Positions 1 to 8,242 of a stretch of DNA of 36,295 nt are shown here, piece by piece; position 1 is the first letter of the stretch, and the number at the start of each line of letters is the position of its first letter. The notes under the pieces are model-generated. The model saw nothing but the letters and a program-made list of their open reading frames with translations. It had not been told where the DNA came from and ran no database searches. This stretch comes from a virus (Duplodnaviria > Caudoviricetes). The position numbers and the translations under genes were made by a program. The DNA is taken from IMG/VR virus record IMGVR_UViG_3300046779_000312, positions 1-36,295 of that record, one strand, 5' to 3'.

Positions 1-2141
1 GCCAACATTCTTGCTTGTTCAGATTCAGCAGATATTCCGTACTTCTGTGCTGCCTTAAGTTGAGCATTTTTATTTGCTTCTTCTTTGGTTGGTTCTTGTA
101 CAGGACGTCTAATTGCTTTTAAAGTTTGCGTAAATTTTCCGCCTTTAAAATGATTTATAACTTCCTGAACATTATATAGTCCGCTAAAGCCAGTGTTTTC
201 TAATCCGCTGGCAAAATCCATTTGTCCTGTTAAACCGTTATAATCTATAGGTGTCCTAAAATTAACAATAATGTCAACTTCACCACTTTGATAGTTCATA
301 GATCCGTTGGCTGTTTCGTTAAAGTTTTGTGGAACATCGCTAAAGTTTCCCATACCGCTATCAGCAATATAGTATGGGTCTCCCATTACATCTATTTCAA
401 CTGTCATCATATCTGCTTGACTGTTTAACAACGATTCATAAAAGTTTTTAGCAACTAAACTTCTGTAATCATCATTTGGGCCGCCGCCAGCATTAGAATA
501 TCGCTTGTATAGCTCTCCCATAGGTGCGCTTGGAACGCCTTTTTCTTGAGAATTTTTATTTGCTTCATCGTTAGTAGGCTGTCCGCCTTTTTCAACGCCC
601 TGACCGTTTATTTGCGGATAAACAGATCCTGCTAACGCATTCTTATCTGCGTATGCAGTTGTAAACAATCCTGCTTTTAACTGTATGTTAAAGTTTAAAA
701 TGTCAACGTTTTTGCCTGTGTAAATGTAATTGTATTCTTTAACACAATTCTTTTTCATTTCTGCGTAACCTTGCGGCTGACTTGCAGGCGGTTTAAATCT
801 GTGCTCGTGTACAAGATATTCAACAACTTTAAACACAAACAATTTAGGAACTTTTGCTCTATTGTTATTTCCCGGTGCAGGTTTTAAATTAAACACTTGT
901 GTTTCAATTCTAAACCACTTTTTAAATCCAGACTTATCGCTAGGTTCTGCTACACCGCGTTTACAGTATTCGCTCATCAACAGTACTTCTGTAATAGCAT
1001 TAACAATAGAAGTTCCTTGTGGAAACTTAAACACTTTGTCTTTAGGATCGTAAACGTTGTCTTTTCTAGAATTTGGTTTATCTGGATCTTTTTGAATTTG
1101 ATCTTTAGGTTTTAACTGACTGTCTCCGCCGGTATTAAGGTCAAAGCCCATTTTGGCTTTACCTATGTCATTTAAAGATTCTGTATTTTGAACTAGCAAT
1201 TTTACAGAGCCTGCAGACCCTGCCACCGAATTGCTAGACTTGTTTAGAGTTAACTTTTCTTCTATCTTTTTACTAGAAGACTGATCCTTAGGATTTACTG
1301 TTGCCGACTGTCCTGAGTCGTCTTGTAAATCTGTAGAGGAAATTCTTGCACCGTCTTTAGGAAAAATGATTACAACTTCGTCAGGAACGTATTCTTCTTT
1401 TCCTGTTTCGCTTCCTTGTTTAGCCATTTCGGCTGAACGATCGTTGAGCCAGCGTTGTAAACTATTTTCACCTGATTGCAAAATTTCTTGGACTGTTGTT
1501 CCGCTAATTTTCATATCAGATTTAAGAATATTGACTTGGTCTGATAGTGCAGATTCATTATAGGGAACTGCTGTACATTTGTATCTACAGCCGGATGCAG
1601 TTACATCCATTTCTATCTGTCCCCAAGTAAATGGGATATGTCTGTTTAGCTCGTCGTTGACTACACAAACATTTCCATATTTGTCGTAGCCTATAAATTC
1701 GATGGTTAATAGAAAAGGTGTTTCTACATAGTTTGCCATCATTCCTTGGTCTGCTACAGCGGCTGCGGCTAACTGCAAACTTTGTAAAAACAAACCAAGA
1801 CTATAAGGTTCAAATATTTCAAAACTTATGTTAGTAGAATTAGTTCCTTTGGTTCGTTTGTCGTAGGTCATTAAACTACCAATTTCTACATTGTCTATAT
1901 AAAACTCAAACTTGCCTGTAGGGTTAGCCAGTGTTTTATAATTTGTCATAACACGATTGTCTGGCTTACCTGAACCACTACGCAATACTATTTGCCCTAA
2001 CTGATTATTTTTATAACTAGTAGCAGACTCTGGAAAATTAAGTTGGTTGCTGGTTAACGCACTAATCGTAAAGATAGTGTTATAGGAAGTAAACTGTTCA
2101 AGTATATTAGGCTTGATTCCAATAGAGTCTTTTACTGGCAT
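1..2141 (-). CDS. Putative baseplate hub/tail protein (gp27-like); 3' end runs off the window start
   Basis: Absent from the ORF track because there is no stop in the window. ATG at 2141 reads MPVKDSIGIKPNILEQFTSYNTIFTISAL...; near the window edge it reads ...VNFRTPIDYN...FSGLYNVQEVINHFKGGKFTQTLKAIRR, resembling hub-protein C-termini. Both ends were translated by hand; the middle was not checked codon by codon. It sits directly downstream of the gp53-like gene. Confidence 0.65.
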   Translation of the reverse strand, partial: MPVKDSIGIKPNILEQFTSYNTIFTISALTSNQLNFPESATSYKNNQLGQIVLRSGSGKPDNRVMTNYKTLANPTGKFEFYIDNVEIGSLMTYDKRTKGTNSTNISFEIFEPYSLGLFLQSLQLAAAAVADQGMMANYVETPFLLTIEFIGYDKYGNVCVVNDELNRHIPFTWGQIEMDVTASGCRYKCTAVPYNESALSDQVNILKSDMKISGTTVQEILQSGENSLQRWLNDRSAEMAKQGSETGKEEYVPDEVVIIFPKDGARISSTDLQDDSGQSATVNPKDQSSSKKIEEKLTLNKSSNSVAGSAGSVKLLVQNTESLNDIGKAKMGFDLNTGGDSQLKPKDQIQKDPDKPNSRKDNVYDPKDKVFKFPQGTSIVNAITEVLLMSEYCKRGVAEPSDKSGFKKWFRIETQVFNLKPAPGNNNRAKVPKLFVFKVVEYLVHEHRFKPPASQPQGYAEMKKNCVKEYNYIYTGKNVDILNFNIQLKAGLFTTAYADKNALAGSVYPQINGQGVEKGGQPTNDEANKNSQEKGVPSAPMGELYKRYSNAGGGPNDDYRSLVAKNFYESLLNSQADMMTVEIDVMGDPYYIADSGMGNFSDVPQNFNETANGSMNYQSGEVDIIVNFRTPIDYNGLTGQMDFASGLENTGFSGLYNVQEVINHFKGGKFTQTLKAIRRPVQEPTKEEANKNAQLKAAQKYGISAESEQARML

Positions 2142-2142
2142 G

Positions 2143-2442
2143 TTACAATCCTAGCACAGAAAATAAACTAGATTTTTTCGGAATATAAATTTTTACACCT
2201 GTTCTGAAATCAAACAATGGATCTTTAATGATGTCCATGTTTCTTTGCATAAACACCCACCACAATTTTGTAGAGCCGTATAAGTCATAGGCCAATAAAT
2301 CTGGTCTATTATTGTACTGTGGTTCGATAGTATAAACCCAATCGTCTGGTTCGGCACTTACTGGTCTAACATTTATAGGTGCCATGTATCCTGGCAACTG
2401 TTGGGTTTTATACCAAGGTGTTTTGTTTGTATAAGTTGCCAT
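2143..2442 (-). CDS. Baseplate wedge protein, gp53-like / LysM-like
   Basis: Motif YTIEPQYNNRPDLLAYDLYGSTKLWWVF...N...IKDP resembles T4 gp53-type LysM-like baseplate proteins; its start overlaps the stop of the upstream gene. Confidence 0.7.
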   Translation of the reverse strand: MATYTNKTPWYKTQQLPGYMAPINVRPVSAEPDDWVYTIEPQYNNRPDLLAYDLYGSTKLWWVFMQRNMDIIKDPLFDFRTGVKIYIPKKSSLFSVLGL

Positions 2443-3326
2443 TAGATAAATCCTGTTCTTCCTGGTCCGCTGCCAATAACATAATCGCCTTTAACAAACT
2501 TATCAAGACTAAAGTTACGAACTTGTTCTCTGCTGTAAAGCGGTTGTAGTGTTAGAGTAAAAGTACTCTTTACCGGAGCCCATGCAACTCCTTGTCCTAC
2601 AGAAGAGCCTGGAACATTTAAACCTATTACACTTGATATAGCATTGCTAACTAAATTTCCAGATGTTGCGGCAAGTCCTGTAGAAATATAATCTACATCG
2701 TTCGGCATTTCTAAAGTAAAGTTTGTAACCACCACTGGAACATCCTTAAACATATAATCTCCGTAGCCGTTTAGTTTTAACACTGGAGGTGGTGCACCTG
2801 CATTTGTGTCTTTACCAAACTGCATTTTAGTTACAGACTTTAAAAAATGTACTGCGCCAATCCAATAAGATGCTTCGACGCTATCCTCAATATAAAACGG
2901 AGCAGTTACTTGCAATGTATCTATTTTGCTATTTTCATATGATAAAAAAGGATAATTATTGTGTACCGGATTCATCGGCGAATACGATGCAGAATGTGCT
3001 ATTGAAATAGACGGCGTATAAGGAAACACTAACCCATTGGTTTGTAATAACGGCTTTAAAAGCGGACTAGTCAAGTATGCGGCATTCAGCGGCAAACTTA
3101 ATCTTACCCTCCAGTCCCTTGTTGCAGACGATCCAAAAATTGCTGAAACCGGATTAAAATTCACACCTGTTTCACCACCTGGAATTAAATTAACGCTACG
3201 CAGGGCCGCGCCGAATCCTTCAGTTTTTAATGTGTTTACAGTATTAACAACCGTACCTATTGTACTAGCCGCTGTACCTGCTATGGATCTTGCTCCACTG
3301 ACAAACGAGTTTAAGTCTACTGGCAT
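2442..3326 (-). CDS. Putative baseplate-tail tube junction / tube initiator protein (gp48/gp54-like)
   Basis: Segments GLVFPYTPSISIAHSASY, GAPPPVLKLNGYGDYMFKDVPVVVTNF and WAPVKSTFTLTLQP suggest a tube-like fold; baseplate gene context. Confidence 0.55.
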   Translation of the reverse strand: MPVDLNSFVSGARSIAGTAASTIGTVVNTVNTLKTEGFGAALRSVNLIPGGETGVNFNPVSAIFGSSATRDWRVRLSLPLNAAYLTSPLLKPLLQTNGLVFPYTPSISIAHSASYSPMNPVHNNYPFLSYENSKIDTLQVTAPFYIEDSVEASYWIGAVHFLKSVTKMQFGKDTNAGAPPPVLKLNGYGDYMFKDVPVVVTNFTLEMPNDVDYISTGLAATSGNLVSNAISSVIGLNVPGSSVGQGVAWAPVKSTFTLTLQPLYSREQVRNFSLDKFVKGDYVIGSGPGRTGFI

Positions 3327-3348
3327 AATTGGTTATCCTTGTTAAACA

Positions 3349-3356
3349 TATTTATT
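3349..3356 (-). promoter_or_regulatory. T4-type late promoter (AATAAATA) for the baseplate genes
   Basis: Reverse complement of TATTTATT is a 7/8 match to T4 late consensus TATAAATA, about 22 nt upstream of the ATG at 3326. Confidence 0.6.
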
Positions 3357-3383
3357 GACTTTAAAATCTGCGTATATTATAAT
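3355..3383 (+). promoter_or_regulatory. Sigma70-type promoter for the gp55-47-46 operon
   Basis: TTGACT (3355-3360), 17-nt spacer, TATAAT (3378-3383); Shine-Dalgarno GAGGAG at 3391-3396. Confidence 0.75.
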
Positions 3384-3407
3384 TTAAAGTGAGGAGTCAT
3401 AATTATA

Positions 3408-4238
3408 ATGAAAAAAGTTAACTACCTAAACAATAAGGATTTGCTGGCAGAAATCCATCGTTCAAAGAACACTTATTGTAGTTTTACCAAGCCAGAATAT
3501 CACCAATATGATATCATTTTACCAAGTTTAGAAAAAATAAACATTAGGTCAATTGCCGAAGCAAAACGTAATCGTGCTAAACGTATGGCACAACAAGCAT
3601 TTGAAGCGGCAAAAGCAGAAAATCTTAAAGTCAAACTAGCAGAATTTGAAGTCGATTATAAGACTATTGAAAAAACCGACGTAGTGTTCCGTATCATGAC
3701 CTACGATCATATTCCTTTAGAACCCGGGCGTAAACGCACACCTAAGTCCGCGGCAGATCATAGAGAAAAAGTAAACTTCCCTGCGTTCCAACATTGGAAA
3801 TTCGATGACAACGACGAACTAATATGTGTTGGAAAAAGTCATTGGAGGGGTGGAATGAAAACTGGCAAGTTTTCAAAAGACCACGGACAGATTACAAACA
3901 ACCTAGCTCGCATGTACATTAAACTTTGCGAACGATATGCTACTAGAGGCAACGTCAGAGGTTATACCTACAACGACGAAATGAAGGGGCAAGCAATCCT
4001 TCAACTTACACAAATTGGACTACAATTCGATGAATCAAAAAGTGATAATCCTTTCGCATATTTTACCGCCGCGGTTACTAACTCGTTTGTCCGTGTCATC
4101 AATATCGAAAAGAAAATGCAAAACATCAGAGATGATATCTTACAAGAAAACGGCATGAACCCAAGTTACACTCGTATGATTAACCAAGAATACGATAATG
4201 CTATGAAAAGAGAGAATACACCGGTAAGTGAGGATTGA
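3408..4238 (+). CDS. gp55: RNA polymerase sigma factor for late transcription (T4 gp55-like)
   Basis: N-terminal NYLNNKDLLAEI and C-terminal YTYNDEM...FDESKSDNPFAYFTAAVTNSFVRVINIEKK are characteristic of gp55; it precedes gp47/gp46 as in T4. Confidence 0.85.
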   Translation: MKKVNYLNNKDLLAEIHRSKNTYCSFTKPEYHQYDIILPSLEKINIRSIAEAKRNRAKRMAQQAFEAAKAENLKVKLAEFEVDYKTIEKTDVVFRIMTYDHIPLEPGRKRTPKSAADHREKVNFPAFQHWKFDDNDELICVGKSHWRGGMKTGKFSKDHGQITNNLARMYIKLCERYATRGNVRGYTYNDEMKGQAILQLTQIGLQFDESKSDNPFAYFTAAVTNSFVRVINIEKKMQNIRDDILQENGMNPSYTRMINQEYDNAMKRENTPVSED

Positions 4239-4264
4239 CCTTGCATACAAATGTATGCTATAGT
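4235..4264 (+). promoter_or_regulatory. Possible internal sigma70-type promoter with an inverted repeat in the spacer
   Basis: TTGACC (4235-4240), 18-nt spacer, TG-c-TATAGT (extended -10, 4256-4264); GCATACA-AA-TGTATGC at 4243-4258. Confidence 0.45.
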
Positions 4265-4284
4265 CATAGGTATAAAGGATAATA

Positions 4285-5289
4285 ATGTTTAAAAAAGTTG
4301 CTTGTTTTACAGACATACACTTTGGTTTGAAATCTAACAGTCTTGTGCATAATCAAGACTGCGAAGACTTTGTAGATTGGTTTATTGCAGAGGCCAAAAA
4401 AGAAGGATGCGATACTGGTATCTTCCTCGGCGACTGGCACCATAATCGAAACAGTTTGAATATGCTTACACTAATGAGCAGTATTCGCAGTCTTGAAAAG
4501 TTAGGTAAAGCATTTGACAATTTTTATTTCTTCCCTGGCAATCACGACTTGTATTATAAGGACAAGCGCGATGTCCATTCTATTGAATGGGGTATCCATA
4601 TACCTGGTGTAACTATTGTTCGAGACATTACAACTATTGGAGATACTACACTCGTTCCTTGGTTAGTTGGCGAAGAGTGGAAGAAGATGGAAAAATTAAA
4701 GAGCCGTTATGTATTTGGACACTTTGAACTTCCGTTGTTTCAGATGAATGCTATGGTAACTATGCCCGATCACGGAGAGTTGCAGGCACATCATTTTAAA
4801 AATCCTGAATATGTATTCTCAGGACACTTCCATAAACGTCAAGCCAAGCAGAACATTGTCTATATCGGCAATGCGTTTCCGCACAACTATGCAGATGCTT
4901 GGGACGATGACAGGGGTATGATGATTTTAGAACACGGCGGTAAACCGGAATATCGCGTGTGGCCCGATGCTCCTAAGTTTAGAACTGTAAAACTAAGTCA
5001 ACTTATCGACGATTCAGAAAACATTATCAAAAGCAAGACTTACTTAAGAGTAGGTATTGACATTGATGTTAGTTTTGAGGAAGCAAGTTTTATTAAAGAA
5101 ACATACATGGCGCAGGATAACGTTAGAGAACTAACGCTAATTCCTGAAAAGAAAGATGTAGAGATTAACACAGACTTAGATGTAGAGCAGTTTGAAAGTG
5201 TTGATCAAATTGTTAGCAATCAAATCGCAAGTATTCAAAGCGATGCATATGACCCTAAGGTGCTGTTAGCCATTTATAATAACTTATGA
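4285..5289 (+). CDS. gp47: Recombination endonuclease subunit, Mre11/SbcD-like metallophosphoesterase
   Basis: Motifs DIHFG, GDWHH, GNHD, GHFE and SGHFH. Confidence 0.92.
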   Translation: MFKKVACFTDIHFGLKSNSLVHNQDCEDFVDWFIAEAKKEGCDTGIFLGDWHHNRNSLNMLTLMSSIRSLEKLGKAFDNFYFFPGNHDLYYKDKRDVHSIEWGIHIPGVTIVRDITTIGDTTLVPWLVGEEWKKMEKLKSRYVFGHFELPLFQMNAMVTMPDHGELQAHHFKNPEYVFSGHFHKRQAKQNIVYIGNAFPHNYADAWDDDRGMMILEHGGKPEYRVWPDAPKFRTVKLSQLIDDSENIIKSKTYLRVGIDIDVSFEEASFIKETYMAQDNVRELTLIPEKKDVEINTDLDVEQFESVDQIVSNQIASIQSDAYDPKVLLAIYNNL

Positions 5290-7067
5290 TTAGAATAAAA
5301 GATTTAACTGTAAAAAACTTCATGAGCGTAGGCAATGCTACGCAAGCAGTAGACTTTGGTAAAGAGCAACTTACACTTGTGTTAGGTGAAAACTTAGACC
5401 AAGGTGGCGACGACTCTGGTTCCCGTAACGGTACAGGCAAAACTACGATTGTTAATGCCTTAAGTTATGCCCTTTACGGACAAGCATTAACTAATATTAA
5501 GAAAGACAATCTTATCAATAAAATCAATGGTAAGAACATGTTAGTTACTGTTGAGTTTGAAAAAGATGGAAAACTATATCGCATTGAACGCGGACGCAAG
5601 CCTAATGTCTTAAAGTTTTATATCGATGAACAAATTGTCGAAGACGGAGATGTTGAAGACGAAGGTCAAGGCGATAGCAGAGAAACACAAAAAGATATCG
5701 ATGAACTCATCGGAATGAGTCACGATATGTTTAAACACATCCTAGCATTAAACACTTACACAGAGCCGTTCTTGTCCATGAAGGCAAACGAGCAACGTGT
5801 TATCATTGAACAACTACTTGGTATTACTCTGCTATCGGAAAAAGCAGAAAATCTCAAAGAGCAAATTAGAATTACCAAGGATGAAATTGTTCAAGAAAGT
5901 GCCAGAATTGATGCTATCAAAAAAAGCAATGACAAAATTCAAGAAAGCATTGACAGTTTAAAACTTAAACAAAGTGCATGGCAACGACAACGCGATGCTG
6001 ACATTAGTAAAATACAAAAAGCAATCGACGAACTTGCTGGAGTAGATGTTGATAGCGAAATTGCACAACACGAGCTAGTAAAAGTCTATGACGAGCAAGC
6101 GGCGTTGATTAAAAGCCTAAACAAAGAAAAAGCAACTTTAGAAACTGCACTTATGCAAGCAGATAAGACAGTTCAAAAGTACAAAAAAGAAGTAGAACGC
6201 TTAGAACATAAAACTTGTCCAGCGTGTGAACAAGAGTTACACGACCATAAGCATGAAGAAATGGCTAAGACTGCACAAACACATCTAGACGAAGCAACAA
6301 TTTATCTAAACAATGTTGCTACACAACTAGAAGCCATACTTCACGAACTAGCAACCATTGGCGACATTAATGGTCGCCCTAATACATTCTATGATACACT
6401 AAACGAAGCATACAATCACAGAAGTAATTTAGAGAGTTTAGCAATTCAACTTAAAAACAAGCAGGACGAAACAGATACGTATCAAGAACAAATTGTAGAA
6501 TTAGAAAATACTGCTCTACAAGAAGTCACTTGGGACGCCGTTAACAGTTTAAATCTAATGAAAGAACATCAAGAGTTCTTATTAAAACTGTTGACGTCAA
6601 AAGATTCGTTTATTCGTAAGAAGATCATTGACCAGAATCTTGCTTATTTGAATAATCGTCTCACTTACTACCTTGATAAGGTGGGTCTACCTCACACCGT
6701 TGTATTCCAAAATGACCTGACGGTAGAAATAACCCAACTCGGACAAGATTTAGACTTCGATAATCTGAGCCGAGGAGAAAGGAATCGCTTAATCTTAGGA
6801 TTATCATGGGCATTCCGCGATGTCTGGGAGTCGTTATACCAGAACATCAATCTCTTATTCATAGACGAACTTATTGACAGCGGCATGGATGCTAATGGCG
6901 TTGAAAATTCTTTAAGTATTTTGAAAAAGATGGCTAGAGAACGCAATAAGAACATCTATCTAATTTCTCATAGGGATGAATTAGTGGGTCGAGTGAACAA
7001 CGTGCTCAAGGTAGTAAAAGAAAACGGGTTCACTAGTTACGCAAACGACGTAGAAATATATGACTGA
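5286..7067 (+). CDS. gp46: Recombination endonuclease ATPase subunit, Rad50/SbcC-like
   Basis: KNFMSVGN, Walker A NGTGKTT, coiled coil with CPAC zinc hook, signature LSRGE, Walker B LFIDE, H-loop ISH. Confidence 0.93.
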   Translation: MIRIKDLTVKNFMSVGNATQAVDFGKEQLTLVLGENLDQGGDDSGSRNGTGKTTIVNALSYALYGQALTNIKKDNLINKINGKNMLVTVEFEKDGKLYRIERGRKPNVLKFYIDEQIVEDGDVEDEGQGDSRETQKDIDELIGMSHDMFKHILALNTYTEPFLSMKANEQRVIIEQLLGITLLSEKAENLKEQIRITKDEIVQESARIDAIKKSNDKIQESIDSLKLKQSAWQRQRDADISKIQKAIDELAGVDVDSEIAQHELVKVYDEQAALIKSLNKEKATLETALMQADKTVQKYKKEVERLEHKTCPACEQELHDHKHEEMAKTAQTHLDEATIYLNNVATQLEAILHELATIGDINGRPNTFYDTLNEAYNHRSNLESLAIQLKNKQDETDTYQEQIVELENTALQEVTWDAVNSLNLMKEHQEFLLKLLTSKDSFIRKKIIDQNLAYLNNRLTYYLDKVGLPHTVVFQNDLTVEITQLGQDLDFDNLSRGERNRLILGLSWAFRDVWESLYQNINLLFIDELIDSGMDANGVENSLSILKKMARERNKNIYLISHRDELVGRVNNVLKVVKENGFTSYANDVEIYD

Positions 7068-7287
7068 CGATATCAAAGACGACACACATGACAAATTAGT
7101 CAAAGCGTTCATTGAATATTCTCGTTGGAACGAGAGATTTGAACGATATGGCTACTTTGCGTCTAGTCAGCAAGCTCGTGAATACTTACGAGATATACGT
7201 GATTTATGTAAAGCAAGGCGCATGGAAATACAGGCAAAACGCAGGCAACTAAAGCAAACCAAAACCGAAGGGGAAGGAACTGATTAA
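7060..7287 (+). CDS. Small helical protein, possibly Hc1 (histone H1-like) family
   Basis: 75 aa; E..RFE..G...S.QQAR..L.DIR.L.K.RR.EIQ resembles the Hc1-like pattern; overlaps the end of gp46. Confidence 0.45.
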   Translation: MTDDIKDDTHDKLVKAFIEYSRWNERFERYGYFASSQQAREYLRDIRDLCKARRMEIQAKRRQLKQTKTEGEGTD

Positions 7288-7302
7288 GCGGTATATATGT
7301 GC

Positions 7303-7737
7303 ATGTCATGGCACTATAATAACGTTTTAGTCGAAGAACTTCCCGAAGATTGTATTGGTTTTGTCTATATCATTACTAATAAAGTCACAGGCAGAAAGTA
7401 CATAGGCAAAAAACTAGCCAAGTTCTCAAAAACTACCTACAAAGTACACAAATTAAAAAACGGCACAAAGAAAAAGAAGCGTATTCGCACTAAAGTCGAC
7501 AGCGACTGGAGAGAGTATTACGGTTCTAATGATCAATTAAACAAAGACGTAGCAGAGTTAGGCACAGACAACTTTCACAGAGAAATATTGTTTTACTGCA
7601 AGAGTAAAGCAGAGTGTAGTTACATAGAGGCTCGAGAACAATTCACACACAAAGTCCTAGAATCTGACGATTTCTACAATGGTCATATTCAAGTTCGTGT
7701 ACATGGCTCCCATATAAAGAAACTTTTACAAGGCTAA
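7303..7737 (+). CDS. Small stand-alone GIY-YIG family nuclease
   Basis: GFVYIITNKVTGRKYIGKK (GIY...YIG), later YYGS, a candidate catalytic Glu in YIEAREQF, and FYN. Start could be 7297 or 7303. Confidence 0.8.
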   Translation: MSWHYNNVLVEELPEDCIGFVYIITNKVTGRKYIGKKLAKFSKTTYKVHKLKNGTKKKKRIRTKVDSDWREYYGSNDQLNKDVAELGTDNFHREILFYCKSKAECSYIEAREQFTHKVLESDDFYNGHIQVRVHGSHIKKLLQG

Positions 7738-7744
7738 TCAATAC

Positions 7745-8238
7745 GGTTAAAGCTCGCGCAGGCTAATTTCGTGCGCCCTAATCTCTGGTGATGTCGCAGA
7801 GCGTGGAAGTCTTTTTGCCGTAAAAAGCACTTAGCAACTATCCTTAACAGGACGATGATCGGATATGCCTATGAACCGGTTTTGCTATTTTAAGAGTGAG
7901 GAAAGGCTAAAGGATGTGGACATAAAACGTGATCCACACGGTTATTATACAAGATAGCGTTTGTATATTAATCCGCCGTTGTAATAAGACGGAACGAGCA
8001 GGTACCGGACAACCGCCTGTGCTATTGTTTATAGTAAATTATAGACAATTATAGTTCTAACGCTGTGTGACATTGTGCAACTCAGATAATGCCAATACTT
8101 TCGCCCGCCAGGGCGAAGTGTGACTGAACAATCTAGATAATACTTAAACTGCTTCGCAGTTAATAATGCTCTATCGTTAAGAAAGAAAGAAATAGTTCGA
8201 GCTGAAAGCGAAGAACAGATGAACGTAGTTCATCTTTG
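7745..8238 (+). ncRNA. Putative large structured non-coding RNA (family not recognised)
   Basis: About 500 nt with no ORF in the track, in an otherwise gene-dense genome. At least 12 stem-loops are visible by eye, several with G-U pairs that form only on the + strand. Confidence 0.6.
8217..8237. terminator. Hairpin between convergent transcription units
   Basis: AGATGAAC-GTA-GTTCATCT followed by a short T run; lies just beyond the stop (8243) of the minus-strand ORF. Confidence 0.45.
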
Positions 8239-8242
8239 AGTA

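Noticed and set aside
862-1563. Short + strand ORFs (862, 897, 1366) and 3037..3345
   Set aside because: Antisense shadows of the minus-strand baseplate genes.
7895-7910. GAGGAAAG resembling the RNase P RNA 5' conserved region; tmRNA also considered
   Set aside because: The following GTCC and the 3' conserved RNase P region are missing, and there are no tRNA-like tmRNA ends.
8065-8142. CRISPR mini-array
   Set aside because: Only two degenerate copies with short cores, and no cas genes in the window.
7297-8240. Group I intron carrying a GIY-YIG homing endonuclease
   Set aside because: I could not find the P7 core (R/S-type AGAGACTA / ATATAGTC) sequences, and no flanking gene appears to be interrupted. 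A divergent intron is not fully excluded without cmscan.
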